In this document: one piece after another, positions 17,686 to 25,313 of the stretch
How the letters are laid out: every line of letters begins with the position of its first letter
Position numbering within the stretch: position 1 is the first letter of the stretch
NCBI RefSeq assembly: GCF_000022265.1
Contig: NC_011979.1
Span: 690,001 to 722,000, forward strand
Source of the DNA: Geotalea daltonii FRC-32
GTDB lineage: Bacteria > Desulfobacterota > Desulfuromonadia > Geobacterales > Geobacteraceae
Direction: 5' to 3'
Length of the DNA: 32,000 nt
Notes under the pieces: generated by a model
What the model was told of the DNA's origin: nothing
The model's database searches: none
Seen by the model: the letters and a program-made list of their open reading frames with translations, nothing else
Program-made: the position numbers and the translations under genes

Positions 17686-20066
17686 CCAGTGCCGAAGACT
17701 TTTACCGTTCGGGCAATGCCAACGCCACCCGAGGAGATTACGACGGGGCCATTGCCGCCTATCTGCAGGCGCTGCAGCTTGCTCCACGGCAGCCTGCAGT
17801 TCTCAATAACCTGGGTCTCGCCTATGTTGAGAGTGGACGCCTTGATGAGGCCAAGGTCATCTTCGAACGATTCATCGCCCTGGACCCGGAAAACGCCGAG
17901 CCGTGGAACAACCTGGCCGTTGTCGTGCAGATGGCTGGAGACCTGGAGACGGCGACGGAGCTTTTCCGCAAGGCCCTTGCCCTCAATCCACAGTATGCCG
18001 AGGCTTGGTACAACCTGGGCTTTGCCCTGGAAGAACAGCGGAACTGGTCGGATGCCATAACCTGCAACCGGAGGGCGATTCTTGTCCGTACCGATTATGC
18101 TGAGGCACACTTCAACCTGGCGCTGCTGCATCTCCTCACCGGGAAATTTCACGAGGGCTGGCAGGAATACGAGTGGCGCTGGGTGACCAAGGGCTTCAGT
18201 ACCCCCAGGAGACATTTCGCCCAGCCCCAGTGGGATGGCAGCCCTTTTCCTGGCCGGACGCTGCTGGTCCATATGGAACAGGGCTTTGGCGACATAATTC
18301 AATTCATTCGTTACGTACCCATGGTTGCAGGTCGTGGAGGAGGGGTCATTGTGGCTGGCCCTCCCGAGTTGAGGGGATTGCTGGCAAGCGTGGACGGGGT
18401 GGACAGGGTGCTGGTCGACGGCGATACCTGGCCCGAATTTCACCTGCATATACCCTTGATGTCGCTGCCGCTGGTTCTGGGGACTGAACTGGAGACTATT
18501 CCGGGGCAAGTGCCCTACCTGCAGCCTGAACAGCAGAAGGTGAAGGATTGGGCGCTACGGCTTGAGAGTGATCGTGGATTCAAGGTGGGACTGGTCTGGT
18601 CGGGCCGGCTGAATACGGAGAAAAACCGCCGCCGTGCCTGTCCTCTGGAGTACTTTGCATCCCTGTTCGGCATCGCCGGGATCAGCTGGTATACGCTGCA
18701 GATGGGGGAAGGAAGAGAGCAGCTGGAAACGGTGCCTTTCGGCGGCCAGATCAGGGATCTGACTTCCCTGATTAAGGACTTTGGTGATACAGCCGCGTTC
18801 ATTGCCAATCTGGACCTGATCATATCCATCGATACCTCGGTATGTCATTTGGCCGGAGCTTTGGGAAAGGAGGTGTGGACACTGCTTTGCCGGTCTGCTG
18901 ACTGGCGCTGGCTCCTGGATCGCAACGACAGTCCCTGGTATCCGGCCATGCGCTTGTTCCGTCAGGAGCAGACGGGGGACTGGTCATCGGTCATGGCGCG
19001 GGTGGAGGACGCTCTTCAAGAGTGCGCCGCTCCCCGTCTGAAACTCTACTTCTACCGTTCGGGGATTGATTATTTGCTGCCCCCTTTGCTCCATGCAATG
19101 AAAATCCCCCTGCTCTATGACGATCCCCAGGGGCGGCAGGAGGTTGAGGGCACCCGTTACGATGTGCTGAGCATCTGGCAGGAAGATGAACTGGGCAAGC
19201 CTGTCTCACCATGCCGGGATAGCTATGATGAGGTCGATTCACCTGCAGATGCAGATTTCATCGTATTCCCCGAGCGGATCGACGAGCTGCTGGAGAATTT
19301 CGGCGGGGAGGGTACGGCTCGCTTTCTTCACCAGCTTCCCCATTTTGCCACCCACGAGGAGAAGCATGTCTTTCTGACCGTTCACGACAACAGTGATCCG
19401 TTGGGCATCAAATCGGTCATCTTCAGGACCAGTGCCTCTGCCTTCAATGCCGACCCTTGTACCTACGTTTTCCCTTACCGCACTGAGGACTTTAGCCGCT
19501 ACCTCCACTACGACCTTGCCCGCATGGATTATCATACCGGTTTTATAGGTTTTACCGGCTCCAGTCCAATACGTAGCCTCCTCATGGACAGCATAATGAG
19601 GGAGAAACGCCTGGTCAGCTATCTGGACACAAGCGAGCGCTTCTACGGCCATTTCCCGGAGAACGAGTTACCCCGCCGAAGGGCACGGTTCCTGGAATAT
19701 ATGGCCCGGTCCCTTACGGTACTCTGCCCCCGCGGCACAGGAGAAAATACCTTCCGTTTTTTCGAAGCCATGTCCATGGGACGGATCCCGGTTCTTGTGG
19801 GTGATGGCTGTATCCTGCCATTTGCTTCCCATATTGACTATGACGCCTTCATCATGAGAATTCCTGAGCAGGATGTATACCGGGCCGGTCAGCTGCTTTA
19901 CGAGTGGATATCGCGACAGAGCGAGACTGAGCTCCTTGGCCGCTGTCGCCGGGCCAGACAGGTCTGGGAAAAGTATTGCCGCTATTCCAGGATCAGCCCC
20001 ATGCTGCTGGGCATGTTGCAGCGGCATAAACAACGTCTTGTCAAAGATGAAAGAAAAAAAATGTAA
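17682..20066 (+). CDS. Three-module protein: TPR array, GT9-like domain (paralog of the upstream gene), C-terminal exostosin/GT47-like domain
   Basis: The start is uncertain. The only start-like codon before the first TPR is TTG 17682, which forms a TTGA overlap with the upstream stop and has an AGGAGA SD 8 nt upstream. The GT9-like part is EQGFGDIIQFIRYVPMVAGRGG...PLMSLPLVLG...KVGLVWSGRLN...DLIISIDTSVCHLAGALGKEVWTLL...SPWYPAMRLFRQ. The exostosin-like motif is YMARSLTVLCPRGTGENTFRFFEAMSMGRIPVLVGDGCILPFASHIDYDAF. Confidence 0.75.
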   Translation: MTSAEDFYRSGNANATRGDYDGAIAAYLQALQLAPRQPAVLNNLGLAYVESGRLDEAKVIFERFIALDPENAEPWNNLAVVVQMAGDLETATELFRKALALNPQYAEAWYNLGFALEEQRNWSDAITCNRRAILVRTDYAEAHFNLALLHLLTGKFHEGWQEYEWRWVTKGFSTPRRHFAQPQWDGSPFPGRTLLVHMEQGFGDIIQFIRYVPMVAGRGGGVIVAGPPELRGLLASVDGVDRVLVDGDTWPEFHLHIPLMSLPLVLGTELETIPGQVPYLQPEQQKVKDWALRLESDRGFKVGLVWSGRLNTEKNRRRACPLEYFASLFGIAGISWYTLQMGEGREQLETVPFGGQIRDLTSLIKDFGDTAAFIANLDLIISIDTSVCHLAGALGKEVWTLLCRSADWRWLLDRNDSPWYPAMRLFRQEQTGDWSSVMARVEDALQECAAPRLKLYFYRSGIDYLLPPLLHAMKIPLLYDDPQGRQEVEGTRYDVLSIWQEDELGKPVSPCRDSYDEVDSPADADFIVFPERIDELLENFGGEGTARFLHQLPHFATHEEKHVFLTVHDNSDPLGIKSVIFRTSASAFNADPCTYVFPYRTEDFSRYLHYDLARMDYHTGFIGFTGSSPIRSLLMDSIMREKRLVSYLDTSERFYGHFPENELPRRRARFLEYMARSLTVLCPRGTGENTFRFFEAMSMGRIPVLVGDGCILPFASHIDYDAFIMRIPEQDVYRAGQLLYEWISRQSETELLGRCRRARQVWEKYCRYSRISPMLLGMLQRHKQRLVKDERKKM

Positions 20067-20247
20067 GCAGGTGATTTTTCTCCTCAAGTTACCCGACCCA
20101 ACACCGAAGAGATTTCTAAATGCAGAATGTGAGACCGGTCACCGGGGCCACGAAGAATCGTGAGCCTCGACTGCATCAACGGCAAGCCGGGTAACCGGCG
20201 CAACAATCGGCAAGAATGCCGAAAAAACCTAGAAAAGGAGAATCACC

Positions 20248-21063
20248 ATGGCTATCAACGACGTATCATTGACCGCAGGCATGAGAAGTAATCTTCTTAC
20301 CATGCAGAAAACTTCCGATCTTCTCAACCGTACCCAGGACCGTCTCTCTTCAGGCAAAAAAGTTAACTCCGCACTCGACAATCCGACCAACTACTTTGCT
20401 GCCCAGAGCTATTCACAGCGCGCCGGCGACCTCGATGCCCGTAAAGACGGTATGAGCGAGGCAGTTCAGCAGGTAAAAGCCGCCAACGCAGGTATTACAG
20501 CTATCACAAGCCTGATTGAGTCCGCCAAAGGTCTTGCAACTTCGGCTCTTTCCACTTCCAACACGACAACCCGCGCCAGCTTGGCTGGCCAGTACGATAC
20601 GTTACGTCAACAGATCGACAAACTGGCCTCCGACTCCTCCTATGGCGGAAAGAACTTGCTGCAAAACCAGAATATCACCGTCAACTTCAATGAAGACGCA
20701 ACTTCAACGCTGTCAGTTTCCGGGTTCAGCGCCAACTCTACGGGCCTTGCCATGAGCGCAAACTCAAACAGCTGGTCCGCCGATACCGATATCAGCAGCG
20801 ACTCCGGCAAGATGGATTCGGCTATCACGACCCTGCGGTCCAAAACCCAGACCCTGTCGGCTAACCTGAACATCATTACTACCCGCCAGGATTTCACCAG
20901 CAGCATGATCAACACCTTGAGCACCGGTGCGGATAACCTGACCCTGGCCGATATGAACCAGGAAGGCGCCAACATGCTGATGCTGCAGACCCGTCAGTCT
21001 TTGGGTACCACAGCCCTGAGCCTTTCTTCTCAGGCAGCACAGTCAATACTCCGGTTGTTCTAA
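20248..21063 (+). CDS. fliC: Flagellin, small (271 aa) Caulobacter/alphaproteobacterial-like type
   Basis: AAGGAG SD present. N-terminus MAINDVSLTAGMRSNLLTMQKTSDLLNRTQDRLSSGKKVNSALDN. C-terminus MNQEGANMLMLQTRQSLGTTALSLSSQAAQSILRLF. A short Ser/Thr-rich central segment takes the place of a large variable domain. Confidence 0.9.
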   Translation: MAINDVSLTAGMRSNLLTMQKTSDLLNRTQDRLSSGKKVNSALDNPTNYFAAQSYSQRAGDLDARKDGMSEAVQQVKAANAGITAITSLIESAKGLATSALSTSNTTTRASLAGQYDTLRQQIDKLASDSSYGGKNLLQNQNITVNFNEDATSTLSVSGFSANSTGLAMSANSNSWSADTDISSDSGKMDSAITTLRSKTQTLSANLNIITTRQDFTSSMINTLSTGADNLTLADMNQEGANMLMLQTRQSLGTTALSLSSQAAQSILRLF

Positions 21064-21080
21064 TAATAACGGCAGAATCG

Positions 21081-21116
21081 GGTGGAGGGGAGAATTTCCC
21101 TCCACCTCTTTTTTTT
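21081..21116 (+). terminator. Strong rho-independent terminator after the flagellin gene
   Basis: Perfect 9 bp GC-rich stem: GGTGGAGGG (21081-21089) pairs with CCCTCCACC (21098-21106). The loop is 8 nt, followed by TCTTTTTTTT (21107-21116). Confidence 0.8.
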
Positions 21117-21129
21117 AGGGGGTGACTCC

Positions 21130-21807
21130 ATGGCCATACAACCCATAAACAATGACCCTGTGCTGTCAAATTTGACCCGCACAACGGCTACAGGTCAAAC
21201 AGTTGACGCACAAAACGGAATGCTGAAGAAAAACAATGCTGCGGGGGATTCCGTGGCATTTGTTGCTTCAGGAGAGGCAAAATCGGAGTTCGCCCGGATC
21301 AACTCCACCAAGGAAGCTATTGCTGTAGCGGCCAGGGCCATTCATGCCGCTGATGAGGTGATGGATGCCGTCGGCAAGAACCTGTCAAAAATGAAGGAGA
21401 GCCTGGAAACAATCGTCAAGAACTATCCCCCCTTTCCCCATGGCAGTGATGAGCGGATCAAACTCCTGATGAGCTATAACTCCCTGCGCAAGCAGATCGA
21501 CGATCTGACAATGCCGCCACCGCCACCCGATGGCACGGAGTATGCTAAAATAGTGGGTGACCCGGCTATTGCCGGTACCAGTGGCATCAACGTCACCAAC
21601 GAGAAGGGGGACCCGGTGAAGATCAATGCACAGGAAGTGCATACCGGTCCCACTGGTTTGGACCTCCCGATACTGCCGGACATTCCCGGAGACGATGCCA
21701 CAGATGATCAGATCTATGAAGCCTTGGGCAAGCTGGACACGGCAGTTAAGACCCTTTACGAGAGACAGTCGGGACTTGCAGCGGATGCGCAGAAACTGCT
21801 GGCCTAG
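21130..21807 (+). CDS. Hypothetical protein, divergent truncated flagellin-like (D1-type helices and proline-rich insert, no C-terminal D0)
   Basis: Start placed at ATG 21130; the track start 21082 is a GTG inside the terminator stem. The protein is 225 aa. Segments align by eye with the adjacent flagellin. LLMSYNSLRKQIDDLT matches LAGQYDTLRQQIDKLA, both at aa 112-127, with 8/16 identical. GKLDTAVKTLYERQSGLAAD matches GKMDSAITTLRSKTQTLSAN with 8/20 identical. The N-termini share MAI...SNL. A central PPPPP stretch is present. Confidence 0.55.
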   Translation: MAIQPINNDPVLSNLTRTTATGQTVDAQNGMLKKNNAAGDSVAFVASGEAKSEFARINSTKEAIAVAARAIHAADEVMDAVGKNLSKMKESLETIVKNYPPFPHGSDERIKLLMSYNSLRKQIDDLTMPPPPPDGTEYAKIVGDPAIAGTSGINVTNEKGDPVKINAQEVHTGPTGLDLPILPDIPGDDATDDQIYEALGKLDTAVKTLYERQSGLAADAQKLLA

Positions 21808-21831
21808 CCCCCGACACGGATACGGACTGCG

Positions 21832-22221
21832 ATGGCACTGAAAATTTCCCTGAAACCCAATGAACGCATGATCATCGGCGGCGCCGTTATCAGGAATGGC
21901 GGCAAGGCCAGTGAGTTCCATGTGGAAAACAAGGTACCGATTCTTCGGGAGAAGGACATCCTGGGAGAGCAGGACGCCACCACCCCTTGCCGAAACCTGT
22001 ACCTGGTCATCCAGCTCATGTATATCGATGAAGTAAACCTATCCACTTACAACAATACGTATTGGGAACTGGTGAAAGCTCTTGTCGATGCTGCTCCCAG
22101 CATGACCCCGACCCTGGACAGCATCAGCGAATGCATTGTCGGCGGGAACTATTATCAGGCACTGAAACTGACACGAGACCTAATTGACTACGAAGAGGAG
22201 CTTATCAGACATGCTGGCTAA
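21832..22221 (+). CDS. flbT: Flagellin translational repressor FlbT
   Basis: MALKISLKPNERMIIGGAVIRNGGKASEFHVENKVPILREKDIL...TPCRNLYLVIQLMYIDE...YYQALKLTRDLIDYEEE closely parallels Caulobacter FlbT as I recall it (MPLKLSLKPGEK..NGAV..N....L.NK..VLREKDI...YYKAL.L.R.LI.YE). Confidence 0.85.
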   Translation: MALKISLKPNERMIIGGAVIRNGGKASEFHVENKVPILREKDILGEQDATTPCRNLYLVIQLMYIDEVNLSTYNNTYWELVKALVDAAPSMTPTLDSISECIVGGNYYQALKLTRDLIDYEEELIRHAG

Positions 22222-22597
22222 CCAGATCAAGGAATACGCGAACATTCAGAAGGAAGCATTGACCGGCCGTGAACTTGAAGCGTCAGTCCTTACCAGGGCA
22301 GCGCAGATGCTGAAGCATTGTCAGGACAACTGGAATGCGCCCGATCGGGAAAAAAAGCTGCAGGAAGCCCTCAAGTTCAACCAGAAGATCTGGAGCTTCT
22401 TTCAGGCAGAACTTTCGGTTCCGGATAACCCGCTGCCGAAAAAGCTGCGGGAAGATATCCTCAGTCTCAGTCTTTTCGTGGACAAACGGATTTTCGAGAT
22501 AATTGCCTTTCCGGAATCGGAAAAATTGACCATAGTGATCGACATCAACATGAATATCGCCGCCGGCCTGAGAACAGGTCCCGGTGATGACATATGA
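22211..22597 (+). CDS. flaF: Flagellar regulator/flagellin chaperone FlaF
   Basis: Start placed at ATG 22211, after a GAGGAG SD, with an 11 nt overlap with flbT; the track start 22184 is TTG. FlaF-like features are GRELEASVLTRAAQML and NQKIWSFFQAELSVPDNPLPKKLREDILSLSLFVDKR...IDINMNIAAGL. Confidence 0.8.
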   Translation: MLANQIKEYANIQKEALTGRELEASVLTRAAQMLKHCQDNWNAPDREKKLQEALKFNQKIWSFFQAELSVPDNPLPKKLREDILSLSLFVDKRIFEIIAFPESEKLTIVIDINMNIAAGLRTGPGDDI

Positions 22598-22671
22598 ACG
22601 GAAAAACCTGCTTGTAACAGCCCTGCATCCTGAAAGATAGCGGGGCTTTATTATTTGAGGTACTCTGCCCG

Positions 22672-23457
22672 ATGAAAAAGAACCTGGTGATGGGTGCCGT
22701 TTCCGGATATGACTTCAGCCTGATCAGCCCTTTTGTAATATCACTTAGAAAAACGGGCTTTACCGGCGACATTTGTTTCTTTGCGTCGGGGATATCGGAC
22801 CGGACTAAGCATTACCTCCGATTGCTCGATGTGCAGGTGGTGACGCTGCCCCAGGAAGAGCAGTTTGCCGGCATGGCTATCAGCATCACACGATTCATGC
22901 TCTACCAGGCGTTTCTTGCCCGGCAGGACATGGATTATGAGGGGGTAATGCTGACCGATGTGCGGGATGTGGTATTTCAGGTGGATCCATTTGCGTTCGA
23001 TTTCTCAGGCAAGGTCTGCTGTTTTCTCGAAGCCGAAGAAAAGAGAATCATCGACTGCCCCATGAACTGCGAGTGGCTGCGGAGCAAGTTCGGAGACCCT
23101 GTCCTGGCGGAGATCGGGCATAATCCAATCTCCTGTGTCGGCACGATCATCGGTGGAAAGTCGCAGGTCCAGGGATACCTGAAGGTGATGCTCGAACATC
23201 TGACTCCCCCCTTCACCATCCCCGGTGATGACACCGCCGTGCATAACTATCTGATTCACACACGCCAGATTCCGGACATAGCTATCTTCGCAAACGAGGA
23301 TGGACCGGTGATGACTGTCGGCTACAAGTCTTCGGACTCGATGTCTTTTGATGGGGCAGGTTTTCTTTCCAATACCGCAGGCAAGATCGTGAACACCATC
23401 CATCAGTACGACCGGCATCCACAGTTATTGGAAAAGCTCTCTTTCCTCTACGCTTGA
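22672..23457 (+). CDS. Hypothetical protein (possible GT-A-like nucleotide-sugar transferase; function unassigned)
   Basis: ATG-initiated 261 aa ORF without competing frames. A DxD-like segment VMLTDVRDVVFQVDPF follows a Rossmann-like N-terminus. I recognise no family with certainty. Confidence 0.55.
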   Translation: MKKNLVMGAVSGYDFSLISPFVISLRKTGFTGDICFFASGISDRTKHYLRLLDVQVVTLPQEEQFAGMAISITRFMLYQAFLARQDMDYEGVMLTDVRDVVFQVDPFAFDFSGKVCCFLEAEEKRIIDCPMNCEWLRSKFGDPVLAEIGHNPISCVGTIIGGKSQVQGYLKVMLEHLTPPFTIPGDDTAVHNYLIHTRQIPDIAIFANEDGPVMTVGYKSSDSMSFDGAGFLSNTAGKIVNTIHQYDRHPQLLEKLSFLYA

Positions 23458-25313
23458 TTCCTGCACCACTTCAGCCACATCCGGCGATATGCATCCTCCA
23501 GCAGAGCGACGAACCTGGGTGCATCCATCAGGGGCGAACTCTGCAACTCGTGTCGAAGATTGCTTCGAACCTGCGCCAATCTTACCGGGTCGGCAGCCAG
23601 GTCAAGCACGATCTCCATATACTCTTCCTCTGACGTGGCAATCCATTCACGATGGCCGGCATTGGCAAGCAGACTTATTGCCTGCCGCTCGGCAAAGGTC
23701 ACGCCGCTCATTGCCACCACAGGTACTCCCATCCACAATGCCTCACAGGTGGTCGTCCCGCCGGGAAAAGGGAACGTGTCCAGGGCTATGTCCACAAGAC
23801 TATACTCGCGCAGGGTTTCCATATGGGAAGAGTGGCCCCGCAGCATAATTCTTCCCGGATCGATGCCTGCGTGGGTAAATCGGTCTTGAAAGGTTCTGGC
23901 GCATCCGGGATCGTCGAATAGGCGGTTTTTGAGGAGCAGCCTGCTGTCTCGCAGTGTGTGAAGGATTTTCGCCCAAAGTGTGATAACCCGCTGATTTATT
24001 TTGGCGACATTGTTGAAACAGCCCAAGGTGATGGAGCCGTTTTGTTGCATGGGGAGGATGCTGACCTCCGGCGTGGCGATCACGGGACTGAAACAATAGC
24101 GGGTTTCGGGCAGCCTTAACGGTTCCTCGGAGAATAGTTGCGGCAGCTTTTCCGGCGAGGTTATCTCATCTGTGATCAAATAATCGATCGTATCAAGCCC
24201 GCTCGTATTGGGATAGCCGATAAACTCCACCTGGATTGGAGCAGGCTTGCGGGCAAAGACCAGCAGGCGGTGGCCGGAGGTGTGCCCCGCCAGGTCCACG
24301 AGAATATCGATGCCGTCCTCGCGGATCAACTCTGCCACCATGGCGTCGGACATGCCGTAAATGTTTCGCCACTGATCGGCCAGGGACATGGTGTGGTCCG
24401 TGATCCGGTCCGGCGTCCCCACATTGGCATAGCAGTGAATTTCAAAATTTTCGCGCCCGTGAGCTGCGAGCACCGGTTCAATGAAGTAGGCAACGGCGTG
24501 GAGCCTGAAATCAGCTGAAACATACCCGATTTTCAATCGTCTGTTCGGGTCCGCCCGGTTGCCATGGAGTTTTATTTGATTTTTCAGTGGGGTAGCGAAT
24601 TTTGTTGTGAATCTACGGTGTTCGTCATAAAGCTGGCTTGCATCGACAGTGGGGGAAAAGGCCATGGCAATGAGCAGATTGTCAAAGGCGCCCATGTTGT
24701 CAGGCTCACAGGAGAGGGCTTTTCTATAGGCCGTTACTGCTGCTTCAGCATCCCCCATGGACAGCAGGGTGTTGCCCAGGTTGAAATATGCGGCGGCACA
24801 TTCGGGATGCGCCTCGATAATTTCTTCAAACAGAGCTGCAGCATCGCTAAAGCTGAGCAGAAGTCTGAGGACGATGCCCAGATTCACCTTTGCCGTCAGG
24901 TAGTCCGGATCCAGTGCCAATGCCTGTCTGAAATACCCTGCCGCTTCTTCAAGTCTTCCCTGGTTTCTGCACAGGGAACCCAGGTTGTTGAGTGCTTGAG
25001 AAAAACCTGGCTCCAGGGTAAGCGCCTGCCGGTAAAGCGTTTCGGCGTCGGCAGTTTTTCCCTGGTTGCAGAGTAAATTGGCCAGGTGGAAGAATCCCTG
25101 GGCATGGGGGGTATGGGCAACGATCTGGCGGAAGCATGTTTCAGCCCTGGTGGTATCACCCCTATGGGCGAGGATGACACCCAGGCTTAACAGGGCATCC
25201 AGGTGCTCCGGCGATTCGGCCAGGACCTGTTCCAGTAGCTCCTCTGCTTCAGCAATCATCCCCTTGTTTATGAGGATCCGGATATACTTGTAAGTCGTCT
25301 CTGCAGTAGTCAT
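23448..25313 (-). CDS. TPR + GT41 (O-GlcNAc transferase/SPINDLY-like) glycosyltransferase
   Basis: Start placed at ATG 25313 (ATGA overlap with the upstream gene's stop); the track start 25388 is GTG. An N-terminal TPR array is present. The C-terminal part RLKIGYVSADFRLHAVAYFIEP...FEIHCYAN...DILVDLAGHTSGHRLLVFARKPAPIQVEFIGYPNTSGLDTIDYLITDEITSP strongly resembles the OGT catalytic domain. Confidence 0.85.
   Translation of the reverse strand: MTTAETTYKYIRILINKGMIAEAEELLEQVLAESPEHLDALLSLGVILAHRGDTTRAETCFRQIVAHTPHAQGFFHLANLLCNQGKTADAETLYRQALTLEPGFSQALNNLGSLCRNQGRLEEAAGYFRQALALDPDYLTAKVNLGIVLRLLLSFSDAAALFEEIIEAHPECAAAYFNLGNTLLSMGDAEAAVTAYRKALSCEPDNMGAFDNLLIAMAFSPTVDASQLYDEHRRFTTKFATPLKNQIKLHGNRADPNRRLKIGYVSADFRLHAVAYFIEPVLAAHGRENFEIHCYANVGTPDRITDHTMSLADQWRNIYGMSDAMVAELIREDGIDILVDLAGHTSGHRLLVFARKPAPIQVEFIGYPNTSGLDTIDYLITDEITSPEKLPQLFSEEPLRLPETRYCFSPVIATPEVSILPMQQNGSITLGCFNNVAKINQRVITLWAKILHTLRDSRLLLKNRLFDDPGCARTFQDRFTHAGIDPGRIMLRGHSSHMETLREYSLVDIALDTFPFPGGTTTCEALWMGVPVVAMSGVTFAERQAISLLANAGHREWIATSEEEYMEIVLDLAADPVRLAQVRSNLRHELQSSPLMDAPRFVALLEDAYRRMWLKWCRNQA

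Noticed and set aside
15988-17787. 599 aa ORF on the minus strand, antisense to the first TPR-GT gene
   Set aside because: The product is R/G/P/Q-rich and low-complexity, with no recognisable motifs. It fully shadows a sense gene that has strong TPR and GT9 motifs. This is a typical antisense shadow ORF in GC-rich, Ala/Leu-rich coding DNA.
20218-20225. GCCGAAAA upstream of fliC, resembling a sigma-28 -10 element (GCCGATAA)
   Set aside because: There is no TAAA-type -35 at the required 11/15 nt spacing; the sequence there is CGCAACAA. This leaves a -10 half-site only, about 22 nt before the ATG. The fliC promoter remains unresolved rather than called.
21082-21129. GTG-initiated extension of the flagellin-like ORF
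   Set aside because: The GTG lies inside the stem of the strong fliC terminator. ATG 21130 follows a G-rich SD and yields an MAI... N-terminus like the flagellin's.
24216-24223. Perfect GCCGATAA motif on the plus strand
   Set aside because: It lies inside the minus-strand GT41 gene, has no -35 TAAA, and has no downstream plus-strand gene. It is a chance occurrence.
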